Shown piece after piece: positions 37,201-49,162 of a stretch of DNA of 64,000 nt. Position numbers and translations under genes: made by a program. The stretch comes from Oculina patagonica (lineage: Eukaryota): contig NC_135758.1 in the NCBI RefSeq assembly GCF_052425735.1, forward strand, positions 47,988,001 through 48,052,000, written 5' to 3'. Position 1 is the stretch's first letter; each line of letters begins with the position of its first letter. The notes under the pieces were generated by a model. It did not search any database. It worked only from the letters and a program-made list of their open reading frames with translations, and was not told the DNA's origin.

Positions 37201-39871
37201 TTATAAAATTAATGGAGAGAACTTTTTGGCATGGATTTCAAACTCAGGACACAGATCATTGGTAGCATAGTTGAGAATCTACTTACTGCTGTTCTGGTTG
37301 GATAAACACAGTCAAACATATCCACTCCTAATGCACAGCATACCACAAGATCTACAGCATAGCTAGAAAATAATCAGTTAAAAAATAATAAATTATTACA
37401 CTAGTACCCCATTCCTGAAGGAGAATGAGCACCAGCTTTCAGTGCTATAATTTATAGGATTCTGTGTAACAAACCTAACTGCCTGCTAAGATTGGTTTTG
37501 GTTTTACGAGGCAACCATTTCATCATCGATCCTTATCGCGCCATTGGACGCATAAGGCCTCCTGTTTCGGTTTCTGTAGTCACATGTTGAGTCTGAGGGG
37601 GTGACTAGCCCCCTGCAGACTTGCCATAGCCCCTATTTGCCAGCTTGTTCAGGGTTCCTGTCAGGCCTTCACAGCTACTGTAGCGGCCCCGGGACCTAAG
37701 TCCCACTGTACTTCACCCTGACAGGCAGTCCCCTACTCCACCGTTGCCCACCTCCCACGAACGAGGACGTTAGGGGTTGGTCTTTGGGAGGTCGAGGCAA
37801 CCATTTACTTATCACAATTAACTCACACCAGTTCCCAAACGATCCCAGTAATCCTGGTAAAATTGTAATGTGCTCATGCTCTCTGAGGATTCTGAGGTGG
37901 CAAATTCTTCCTTAGTACCTAGCCTTTCTTTTTCTTTATTTTACACCCAATGTACAATAGCTATTGTTATGGAAAATCACACTGTATGTGTTGAAGGTTG
38001 AAGATTAACTTAACCTTTTTTAAGTTTTGGTGATCTGTTTGGTTTTATTGTTGGTGGTGTCATGCCATAAAAGATTCAAATAGCTAAAAATGATCCTTAC
38101 CCCACCCCCATGAGATATCTTGGTTTATTCTTTGGTAAAAGATCTGTGCAGAGAGTAACAGTCTTCCAAAACAAAGACTTCTCTTCTCCACCACTGAGGC
38201 CACCAATGGCAATACCAGGAGTGTCTCGTTCAACCATTTCTAGGGAGTAATAATGTGTCTTTATATCAATTGATAATATAACCTCAAAAGTTACAAACCA
38301 ATGATAATACTAAAAAAAATACTAGATAAGAGTAGATAAGGATTAAATAATGGAATAAATTGAATCGTCATTGAGTAAGTGAATAAATTGTCTGAAAAAT
38401 TTGAATTACCGGTACATGTAGGTTTTTGCTTAAAGCAGTTATAAGTTTCTAGTAAAAAGATAGATTCTAGATAATTATGCAAAAACACACCTTTCACACA
38501 TGTCTTTCTAAGTTCTGGATCTAATCCTCCCTGAATGATTGCAAAAAGATTTTGTTCTGTTGGTCTGGCATGTGCTGCAATGCATCGATCTAACCAGCGG
38601 ATCGAGCGCAACATGGCCTCTTCAACTCTAGGACCTTATTAAAAAAGTAATTAAAAAATTAATAAACTGCAAAGTAAATTAATTACCACCATTGAAAAGT
38701 AACAGTAGTGTTATGCATGTATAAACTCCCTCAATGAGAAGATACATAATTAGATGCCGTGTCACACTGTCACTGCTAAACTTGATATAAGTGAGGTTCA
38801 TGATTCCATGATGATGTGATTCTAATGCATGCACTTGCACTGTCAAAATCATAGCTGCATGAGTAATAACCAATCAGAGACACTGCACAAATCCTTTAAG
38901 TGCCACATCAGTATGAATTTTTTTCGACTTAAACTGCAGATGTTTCCCTTGCAAGAAGAAATGAGAACAAGTGTGGTTCAAGAAATGTCTGCTTAGATCA
39001 TAGTAGTTGAAAGAGTGAAAGAGAAAGATTGTATGAGAAATCAAAATAGTCACCTGTGGTAGTACTGCTGACAACATCATCCAACTGCATAATGATATCA
39101 GCCCCAATGGAATTCTGGATCTCAGTTGACTTCTCAGGAGTGAGTAACATTTCTTGACCATCGTGAGGGGACTGGAACTTAACACCTTCCTTTAAAAAAA
39201 TAAAAATAAAAAAATAAGTAAAATTAATAAACAAATACACAATAATAAAAAACAAATTTACAACACATCTTCAAAGGGTGTTTCCCCAGAGTTCATTACA
39301 AAGTGAGGGCAGTGGAAAATGCTTACCTCAGTAATCTCAGCTAATTTTAATAAAGATACCATTTGAAATCCACCACTATCCTGAACAAGAAATAATATTT
39401 ATTTTAGCCAATGTACATTTCCAACCTAAATTTAGCTGTCATAAATTTGAAGTTTTATTGTGCACATTCATAGGAACTTACAGTTAAAAGAGCTCTTTTC
39501 CAGTTCATGAACTCATGGAGTCCTCCAGCTTTTTCTAAAATTTCTGTTCCCTGCAAATATTAATAATAAAAACTCAATTGCCAAATAAACGCGAAAGACA
39601 AAGGTATTATTTAATCAAACAGTTTTTCGTAATAATTTACCGGCCTCATTCCCAGATGATATGTGTTACCAAGAATGATTTGGCAATCTAAGTCAGTGAG
39701 CTGTTTACAAGTTAATCCCTTCATGGTTCCCTGGGTCCCCACTGGCATAAATACTGGAGTTTCTACATCGTGGTGTGGTAATGTTAAAATGGCAGTTCGG
39801 GCTTTTGATGTCGAGCATTCTGCTAAAACTTTATATCTCAAAGCACAAGGTTTTACTTGCTCGTCCGCCAT
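34292..39871 (-). CDS. QTRT1: Queuine tRNA-ribosyltransferase catalytic subunit 1, ~427 aa, 9 exons
   Basis: Exons (-): 39641-39871, 39482-39550, 39327-39380, 39054-39189, 38491-38634, 38101-38239, 37287-37362, 36783-36977, 34292-34531, all phase-consistent. Motifs [68 protein letters not shown], Zn site CECLTC...HN. Confidence 0.97.
34922..35099. mobile_element. MITE with CAG...CTG termini and 6-bp TSD (CACTGA)
   Basis: CACTGA|CAGGGATGTCGCTAAG ... CTTAGCTACATCCCTG|CACTGA. Confidence 0.85.
35297..36127. mobile_element. Non-autonomous DNA transposon with CAG...CTG termini and 6-bp TSD (AGTCTG)
   Basis: AGTCTG|CAGGGCTTCTGA ... TCAGAAGCCCTG|AGTCTG; subterminal AATTTCGCGG repeats. Confidence 0.85.
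36304..36645. mobile_element. Tc1/mariner-pogo type MITE with TA TSD
   Basis: TA|CCGTACCCAAATTC ... GAATTTGGGTACGG|TA. Confidence 0.8.
37521..37792 (-). mobile_element. 272-bp non-autonomous non-LTR retroposon (RTE-like 3' end, GAT-repeat tail) with 14-bp TSD in QTRT1 intron 6
   Basis: Perfect direct repeat CGAGGCAACCATTT at 37507-37520 and 37793-37806. The minus-strand 3' end reads GAGGCCTTATGCGTCCAATGGCGCGATAAGGATCGATGATG. GC-rich body in an AT-rich intron. Confidence 0.85.
37730..37792 (-). ncRNA. HDV-like self-cleaving ribozyme fold at the 5' end of the retroposon (catalytic C position appears to be U)
   Basis: ACCUCCC AAAGACCAA CCCCUA ACG UCCUCGUU CGU GGGAGGU GG GCAACGGUGGAG UAGGGG: P1 ACCUCCC/GGGAGGU, P2 CCCCUA/UAGGGG, P3 ACG/CGU, L3 UCCUCG, P1.1 CC/GG. 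P1 starts exactly at the TSD boundary. Confidence 0.75.
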
Positions 39872-40190
39872 GTTGAATTTTACCGCTGAACAACAAAATC
39901 GTTGTCAAAAATTTAATGTTAAAAATATTACCAACTAGGGAGGAGAAGAGTTTCGGTTTGGCGAAAGAAGAAAATTTTTGTTTTAATAACTTAAATTAAG
40001 AGATAAAACATCCAATCTGACACGCAATATATTTTTTTACTATGGAAAGTGTGTTTTTAGTTAATAAAAGGTAGCTGATAGAGTTTTTCATTAGTTTATT
40101 TTTACCCTCACCCCCACGCCCTTCATTCAACCCAATCACGATGTTCGCTTTATGTTGCGGTCAGCGGATAACAGCTGCAATTCAGCCAAG
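39872..40190. promoter_or_regulatory. Bidirectional promoter region between QTRT1 and GTF3C5 (319 bp)
   Basis: Divergent start codons, both in YY1-like ANATGGCGG contexts; CCAAT boxes at ~40012 and ~40132. Confidence 0.65.
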
Positions 40191-43100
40191 ATGGCGGAAG
40201 AATTGAACAGTTCACAGGACGTTAGTACGGCTGTTTCCTCTGCAAACGGTGGTCAAATAACAGTAAATCAAGTCAAATTCGTCGGTGTAGAGTATCCAGG
40301 ATATATCAGGGATGAAAATCACATGCTTGAAACACTGGGAGGCGAGGATACAGTGTCAAGGACATACTCCAACTCAGCAAGGAGGTTGGAACTGTCGTTT
40401 CGTCCTGAGGATCCTTACGCACATGCCGTTTGTGGTGATCGCTATCCTACTGCAAACTTGTTACTTAGAGTAAAGCGGTGGAAAAAGAAGCAGAGAGAAG
40501 CAACTAGCGAGCCAGAAGAAGTAAAATATGAACAAGAAATACTGGGCATAGTGGGGAACACATTCAAGTATGTAAACTAATTATTAACCTTCATGCATCA
40601 ACATACAACAACAATACAATCAATAAACTTTATTTCACCTCGAATTTAAAGTAGCAAGATTGCTAATATCTTCGAGAAAATATATAAATGATTTAAGAAA
40701 ATAAATAAATAAATAAATAAAATAAGATGAGTATGGAATAATAAAATAAGTATAAAAAATTACAACTATCATAAAATTTAGGTACCGATCGGAAATTTCC
40801 AAAATCAGAATTCAAAATTTCCTAATGAGTTGAGGAGGACAGGGGGCCGGAGCCTGGGAGAAAGAGGGTGGGAAGCTGGAGGAGAGGGTGAGAAGCAGGG
40901 CGAACCGAGAGAAAACAGTAACATTTTGCAACATTTCATTATATTTCGCAAAAGATATGGAACAAATAGAAGAGAATGGCTAAGGAAAAGAGCAGGAGGT
41001 GGGAGTAAAAGGTACGAGAAGCAGAAGCTTCAGACTCCCCTGTCCCCCTCCACTTATGAACCTGACTGTTGTTAATGACTGTGGGATAGTGTTGGATCAG
41101 ACTTGGATAAAGTTGTGGGGAGAGGGGAGCTGGGGAAGGGGGAAGAGATGAAGGGAGGAATATAAAGGCAGTGGTCTGTATTGAAAAAGTGCTTTACTGA
41201 GGCCCCATTTATATGGTCTCAGGTACCCAAGATTACCCTCCCTCTGAAACAACTTTATCAAGCATTTATATGAGAAAAAGGCCTTACCTTTTCGCTGAGA
41301 AAAATGTCACACAGGATCCACTATTGGGATAGAATATGTCATGTATGAAAGGAATTACATTTAAAATGGCCGTTACTGTATTAAATCCAGTAATCAATAG
41401 TGATTTTTCTTTGTTTACTTATTTTAATGCAGATAAAGGTTGTCAGGGGAAACAACTTAAAATAAACTTCTGGTAATCCTCATTGCGACCCTTAACAAGT
41501 GAGAAGTACACATAGTTATATGCAGCCATAAGGATTCTGGGAGCTCCATTCTCGGATAGCCCACCAGAGTCCTTCCCTGACACCGGCTGAGTGATCCTTT
41601 TCACCAAATAATTTTCGTATCAATGTTGTTTATATCTTGTTTAGATTTGAAGTTATGGCAGACTATCAGTACCTTGCTCCTGATATGCCAGACTTTCTAA
41701 AGCAAGTGACTAATGCAGATGTATTGAATCAAGACGTCCCCTATCACTTACAGCCTCCTGTGTTTTCACGGTTTGATCGTCCATCGAACTATAACTACAA
41801 TCCTGAGCCTCAGTCAGCACGAGGATGTAAAGCTAACCAGGGAGATGATCTGGACGAAATAAGGTGCCAGCAGCTCCTACGTACATGATGCTATTGCTCT
41901 TTCTTTAGTTTAATTTATTTTTGGTGTAACAAACACGATTTCATAATATAACATAAAGTGATAATTGCATTGTAGCTTATCATTCATGACAACTTTTCCA
42001 TGGGAACTACGTCAAAGTTGGTGTTACAAGTTATAACATTGGGTAATTTTTCACTTTTTAGATTAGCTGGAACACGAACAAGAAACAGACGCCCTGCTCA
42101 TGCAATTGCTGTCAATTTTATTACGCCTGAAGTCCCATCTGTTGCAAATCCCAAAGCAGAAGAAGCTGCAAATAAATTAAAAGATGGTCTTGTGGAGGCC
42201 ATAAAGAAACTCTTTATTAACAGGCCAGTTTGGTCACGAGCAGCATTGCAGTGTCATTTAACCAGTGCATCACATGAAAGAATGAAGCAGCTCTTGGCAG
42301 CAACTGCATATTATTGGCTAAATGGTCCCTGGAGAACTTTGTGGACACGAATTGGTTATGATCCACGGAAAGATCCCAGTGCAAAAATGTGAGTTGAAAA
42401 TTACACAATTATATCCTCATCACTGTTGTTGAGTGTGGTTTGATAGTCATTATCATTGAGATGCTTTGAGGTTTCAAATGTGTCAGACATAATTGCTGGT
42501 GTTTCTTGAGTAATCCTTATCACTATCTCTAGAACAACCTACATACAGTAACTGCACAGTATCAGACCTGCACTGTATGATATTACATGTATTTATTATA
42601 TGGCTACAATAGTATGCGCGCTCTGATTGGCTGCTGAGCGGGCATTTTTTTCTTGTAATGACCGGGCATTATGAAAAATTTTCTTGGCTCGGCATTTTTT
42701 TTAGTTGTGAGTTAAAGCTACTAGCGCAATTGCGAGAACGACAAAAAAAAATACCGACAAAATGTAACAACAACTGATAGAAAAATATTAGCATACCGAT
42801 ACTTCTTTAGTATGAGCGACGAAGAGAGCCACAGAGAGCGAGAGCGAGTTTCACCTCGTTGTTTTTTAGATATTTCAGTTTAGAATAGTGCTAAAAGGCC
42901 ATATAATAAATAACTTATTAACCTCGTCCGTTCGGTCATTACAGGGGAATCCCAGACCTCGACCTTGATGTATTGACCTCGCTATCGCTCAGTCAATACA
43001 TCAAGGCCTCGGTCTGGGATTCCCCTGTAATGACCTCACTCTCGGTTAATAAGTAGTATGTTACATGTATGTATGAGAGGGACCCAGGCAAAAAGGGTTG

Positions 43101-45660
43101 AAATCCCTCCCCCCCACTACACTCCTAACCCCCCCCCCCATTTTTTTGGAGCAAAAACAAGAAAAGGGCATATTCTCACTTGAAAACAGCCATAGCACTG
43201 CTCCATGTAAAACAAATAAGTATTTATAATACCACACATACAAAATTGTTTGGGAATAATTTATTGATTCTTGGACAATTTAGTGAGATGTGCCAGTTAC
43301 AACTACCTCTTAACAAAGTGTTAGGAATTGATGCATAATTTACATTATAATTAAGTTTTCATATAACGCGCGCTCTAATTGGCTGAAACAGTGTACTTTA
43401 TCAGAGTCCAGATGTACGGAGGAAATTTCACGCCATCGACCCAATATGGCCGACCACTATTCCCGAAAGTCTCTCTCGGGTTTTGTCTTGACCCTGACAT
43501 CTTCTTTGACCTGAAAAACGAGAATGAAAACGAGCTTTTAGCGTCAGTTAATTTAAAACGTCCTGTTCCTAACAGCACAAATTGCACGGCGATAGAAAGT
43601 GAAATTACGGAAAGTTACGGAAAAAAACACCAGGCCGGAAAGTAAGCTTAACAACGACAAACAACCAACCAAAGATTTGTAAACAACTCAAGGCCGAAAT
43701 TGAAGACATTATAACGAAAGCAGAAACGAAAGACACGAAAGATAGTACAAAATGGGCTATCTGAGTTTTGAATATGAGTTTCACATTATTCAAGTAAGGA
43801 ATTTTAGATAAAACACGCACACATACATTTTCGTGTAAAAAACAAAACAAACAAACAGCAATTCAAAAAACAGAAAACTAAATAAGCTAGCGAATACACA
43901 CACAACTCAGACTTATCACAGACTGAATAGTGTTTTCTGGCGTTTTCAAAACCGCTTGGTGCCGTGAAAGATAAATTGCCAAGAGCCTTCACAAAATGAC
44001 CAACAAAGAAGCTAGACAACAACCTCGGTAAATTCTACGCCGAAGCTCGAATAAAAGACGGTGAACTTTATTCGAGATCATCGCTTCTTGGATTTCGCAA
44101 CGCTATCGAGAGACACCTAAACAATTCACCCCTAAACCTAGGAATTTTTATTGCAAAAGGTGTTGAATTTCAAGCTTCAAGTTAGAAAAAAATGAAAAAG
44201 CGCGGAAACAAAGAAAACATCGAACACAAGTTTGCCTGTCATTCCAGAAGCAGACGTCCAGAAATTAAAAACCTCCAATGCAATTCAGAAAGACAATCCT
44301 GTTCCTATATCCTTAACAGTGCAATGACTGGAAGGCCACATCAATCACAGCAGCCGACTCTAATTTTTCCCTTGAATCCGATGGTTGTAAATTATTCGCA
44401 AAACACGCCGCACGGCCGCATCTTGTGAAGTACCAGCCATAAGCTTTGAGCAGTTTGTTTTTCTAGTTGTCAGTTAACAACGTGCAAGTTTTCATGGGCC
44501 AGAATTCAGCCGGTTTTCATTGAACAGTCTACTTTTCTATCCTTTGTTGTACTAAAAGTCCTAAGAACTTCAATGACTCGTGTTAAAAATTCGGATTCCA
44601 CTTGACGTTTTCAGCTTGTGGATTTCTGAACTTTGATGGTTTCAAACTTGATGGTTTGACAGCTGTTGACAGCTGATGTCTTATTCAACCAATCAAATTC
44701 TTTTACCCATTCTAACAAGTTTTGTGATTGGCTAATTGTTGCGTACTTTATCAGAGTACAGATGTACGCTGACGCCACTTCTATTCGCTTGAAAAAAGTT
44801 TGTTTTGAAAATAATTGCGCGAATTCGTGGGGAAATTAATGAATTTCTTAATTATAAAACAAATAAAGAAGCCTCGACTGCGCTCTGTTCTGTTGTAAAG
44901 CACTTAGGAAGCGACTAGAGCACTCAAGAAGTAGGGAGAAACACTCGCCTTCGGCTCGCGTTTCACCCTACACTTCTTTCGTGCTCTAGCCGCTTCCTGC
45001 GTGCTTTACAACAGAACAGAGCACAGTCGAGGCTTCTTTATTTGTTAATTACTGAACAGTATTTTGGATTAACATGCTTAATGTATTGCTTGAATGGAGC
45101 AATCAAAATCTAAAATTTTTGAAGAGTGCAGTTTACATGTAAAGGACTTCAGAAAATAATGTTTGTTTTCTGGGTGGTACACATTGCTGTGTAAACTTCA
45201 CTCTGATACATGGTCGGATCAAGCAGGCCCATCAAAATGTTGTGAAAAAGATGTCAAACATTTTGTATATCTGTAAATTCCAATTCATTCTGGAAACAGT
45301 GGATGAAGAGCCTCTCTTTGGATATACCTTCTCCCAGTCGTATGGGCCTCGAGCTTTTGCTGTTTCCTCACCTGAACTCTGGAACAGTTTGCCTGTTTTT
45401 ATCCGCTTGTGTGACAATTTAAGTTCTTTTAAATCAAAACTCAAAACTCTTAGCGATTTTACTTTTTTATTACTTTTAATGCACATTTTTAATTTTTAAG
45501 ATTAATTTTATTCAGCTAATTTTAACGAATTTTTATTGATTTTATTATATTGTGGTTTTAGTAATGTTTTTTCTTATTTTATTTTTTTAACATATTTGTA
45601 AAGCGCCTAGAGCAGGCCTGGATAGGAGCTGTAATTTTTTATTTTTTTTTTTTTTTTTTA

Positions 45661-45717
<57 letters not shown>

Positions 45718-46981
45718 CACACCAGGTGGAGCATAAGCCTGAGGATATGCCACTGCAAAGTTTTATTTTATTTGATTATTTTGTTTATTAATTAACAGTT
45801 ATCAGATGGTGGATTTTCGAGTTGGCAGTAGGAAAATAGGGAAAGATCTTCCAATAAAAGCTAAAAGAAGTTCAAGCACATACATTTTACCAAACTTGGT
45901 CAGGAAAACTGGGACTCCTGGTGTACTTGTCAAGGAAGCTGTAATGGTCGGCAGCGACAACAAGCAAGATGATAAGCAAAGTCAGGATCAAGACTTGCCT
46001 TACGTCTTTACTCCAAATAAAATGCCAAAACAAAAACAGTTGTTTTACCAAGTGTGTGATCTTCATGATCCAGAGATTCAGAGAATTGTCAGTCAAAATG
46101 ATGGACAGGTACTGTGGTGAAATTTGTTTTTATTCTATGATCATTTGTGAACATTATTGTTGTATTTGTGTGTTCGTCACTCTTAACTCATTTGTGAATG
46201 TACAACGTATTATTGTCTTTTTCAACACTTCGGGAAGCACAGGGTACCTATGGTTAATCTACACTGAGTTGGGTTTCCGTTTTTTTTTTTTGTGCTGTTC
46301 TTCAATCAGTGAAGTGTTACACGTATGTTTCGTGATTAATGTAGATTTACTTTGAGTACAAATACCACTGTTTCCCGCAAAGCTCACACAAGCGTTGTAT
46401 GTGAACTCGTGCCCAGATTGATAGGGTTAAAACGTTGTGGTCATGCAGTCTTTTGTTGTAAATACAGTTATTTGTAATTTGCAAATGGTATTTAGTCGCG
46501 AAGGATAAAATGTCAGACTATTAAATGATAGATTTATTAAAAATAGATTAAAATCGTTTCAAAACTTAAAAAATAAAAAATAACGGATAACGTTTTGACT
46601 TTGACTGAACGTTTTTATTAAGTCAATCAGGTTATCTTAAATGTATAAATTAATTTAAATACTAAAGACACCAAAACTACTAAATCTTCTTTTTTGTGTG
46701 TTCGTTAGGAAGACGAATGTCTCGAGCGTGATGGTTGGTTTTTACCAGGGACAAATGACAAACTCCGTGCGATACTTTGTCAACGAACCACTGAGCTAGC
46801 GGAAAGACTTAAACAAGAACAGTCAGGGGAGGGGAGGGACTCACCGGTATCACAATTACAGCTTACAGGGGAGGAGTGGGGCGGCCATGAAGGCGTTCAA
46901 AACTACTTGCAAATGTTGGAACAGGACGATGATATTGAAGCGTACGATATTTTTGATGACTTTACAGAAGGAGATGATTAA
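40191..46981 (+). CDS. GTF3C5: General transcription factor IIIC subunit 5 (Tau95/Tfc1), ~501 aa, 5 exons
   Basis: join(40191..40567,41645..41863,42062..42388,45799..46108,46709..46981); an upstream in-frame ATG at 40152 is possible. Motifs VEYPG, MLETLGG, LELSFRPEDPYAH, MADYQY, PPVFSRFDRP, RPVWSR, GPWRTLWTRIGYDPRKDP, YQMVDFR, FYQVCDL, CLERDGW, acidic tail. Confidence 0.95.
42590..43056. mobile_element. Non-autonomous element: 5' terminus, subterminal inverted copy, then a long 3' hairpin (Crypton-like)
   Basis: TATTTATTATATGGC (42590) is inverted as GCCATATAATAAATA (~42898); hairpin ~42913-43053. Confidence 0.7.
43345..45048 (+). mobile_element. Degenerate Crypton-like element with tyrosine-recombinase (DUF3504-type) relic and ~190-bp terminal hairpin
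   Basis: TTATAATTAAG (43345) is inverted at 44847; hairpin 44858-45048. Broken frames read EIEDIITKAETKDTKDSTKWAI* (~43696) and LDNNLGKFYAEARIKDGELYSRSSLLGFRNAIERHLN (~44011-44125). Confidence 0.7.
45330..45717 (+). mobile_element. 3' end of an L2/CR1-group LINE with (ATT)n tail
   Basis: SYGPRAFAVSSPELWNSLPVFIRLCDNLSSFKSKLKT (ORF2 C-terminal motif), then TGTAAAGCGC 3' motif and (TTA)n at ~45664-45717. Confidence 0.8.
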
Positions 46982-48888
46982 GCTTGTATAAAGTGGTTTA
47001 TTTTTGAAATAACGAAATTTCTGAAATCTTTTAGATGCGCTAGACTGCGAGGTGTCTTTCGCACCACCTGCGCCGTAGAGAGAGAAACGGAAATACCGAT
47101 CATTTTTCTTCTTCGCATTTTTCGCTTTTTGCTGGATGATCCTGATGTTTTTCACTTATGTCAGTAAACGTACAATAGAAAACAAAAAACCGGTAGAGAC
47201 TGTTGTAAATATTTCAACAAATGACAATAAATATTTTTTACACAGTATCTGTATATGTACCTTATTTTTACTTATTTTCGCGGGAACTTAATTTCGCAAA
47301 AATGAAACGTGCATATTTCGCGGGACTTAGTTTTCGCAAATAGACCAAAAATACGTTAAAACAATTAAAAGTACGTCAGAAACGTTAAGAATAATAAGAT
47401 AGTCAATTTTCTGCTCACACAGTTTACATGACACTGTTCTTTGTTATTGGGGGATTAAGGCCGACTAATCTGATACCCATTGACACCAAAGCTAAAACAC
47501 GTTTAAAAGCCGTTTAATGAAATGAATGAAGTGATCCTCGCAGTGTGTGAGAAATTTAAGCAAGTTATTTAATAATAATATTCAGCTCGTCTATGCAATA
47601 TTTAATAATAAAATATAATTAAAGCTATTATTTAAAAACTATGGTATAATATACAATATGCTTTAAAAGAGTTAAAAACGTAAAAACTGATGAAATACAC
47701 AATATCCTCTGAAGAGCATATTGTATATATAGCACATGGATTATAAGTGACATGGACAAAGATCGGCCTGTTTGCATGAATGGTCCATCAAAATTTTGCA
47801 GTGCTCGCAAAATTAGGCTTTTGCTCGGAATGCTAGCAAAATTTTAAGGGGTGCTCGTTTGCTCATTGTTGCATATTTTTACAAGTGCTCGGTTTTTAGT
47901 GGAGATAGCTTTTTGAAAAGTGCTCGTTGCTCGCAAGGCTAACTTTTGTCAATTATCGTGCTCGCAAAGAAAAACGCTCTGCTCGCATGCTCGTCAAAAT
48001 GCTCGCAAAGAGCATTCAATGTCCCTATATTGAATGACGTAAGTTATCTGCATTTTTTAAACCATCCCAGCCCTTCTGTTCATTGCAACCCTTCGGTTGT
48101 TTTCTACCTTAGTGAATGGGTATTTCCAGGTTTTATTCAATTTAAGGGTAATTTAAACATAGCGTGCAACGAAACTAAAGCTGCAGAGTGTTTATCTTAT
48201 TGATTTTAGAGGTAGATAAAAAACTCTCATGAATAAAATATACATTGATCCAAATGACTCGAAGAGCACAACGCTACCGTTGTGCTCTTTTATTTTTTAT
48301 TTTTTATTTTAGTCAAAGCTCATAAAAACAATTCGAGTATAAGCAAAATAGTCTAGGTGTGCCTTGTTAAAGCCAGTAAAAAATGGACGTGTCTTAATAT
48401 TTAAAACATTTCTGTGAAATTAGCCGAGAACGATAGCCACCTTATGTAGTTTGATTGACATTTTCATGTCGTGGTGTTGGTTTTCCGATCTCTTCCACCA
48501 ATCAAATGACAATCAACTGCACCTTGACGTCGTTTCGCATATGGCTTTTTTTGTAGATATCCTTTGAAGTTTGTTGTCAGAATGGCCAAGCTATTCTGAA
48601 ACTAATAACTGGCGAGGTTATAGCTAATCGATTGTAAAAGCTAATAAAAAAAGCACAGGGATCCCATTATCTATCACGGAAGCCGCAAGCGAGTTTACGT
48701 CAGTCTAAATCCCATAATCAACTCGATTTGTCCTGGAAATTAAAGTTTTATTTTTATAATTATTATTTGCACATCATCGGCTGAAACTTTGCGGCAACAG
48801 ACTGAAACTATTCTTACATTTATAGACTCGACGAATCAACCGAACAGGCATTTTATAATACAACACTCTTTTATTTTCTCTTTCATCG

Positions 48889-48889
48889 C

Positions 48890-48923
<34 letters not shown>
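48889..48923. repeat. (CAT)n microsatellite
   Basis: Direct reading. Confidence 0.9.
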
Positions 48924-48924
<1 letters not shown>

Positions 48925-49162
48925 GTAGTCTTCCTCGCTAGCTTTTAATTTTCTTCCACTCGTAACTGGTATCTTGAGCATAAACAAACTTATTCAAAGA
49001 CAAGCGGAAATGATTTCGCCGCATTTTCTTTACATCCGGCCTGTTCCTTTTATTCTAGAAATAAGTAACAATTCTTGTTTCGCGAGAAAAACACTCTTTT
49101 TTATAAGTCTAGCTGTCTAGAGTAAAACAAATTCTTCGTTAAAAGGATCGAGTTTGTTTCAC

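Noticed and set aside
39872-40190. tRNA gene or B-box in the QTRT1/GTF3C5 spacer (autoregulation idea)
   Set aside because: No GTTCRANNC box or cloverleaf seen; no convincing tRNA gene noticed anywhere in the window.
12420-46981. Minor-spliceosome (U12/AT-AC) introns
   Set aside because: All reconstructed introns are GT-AG without the RTATCCTT donor.
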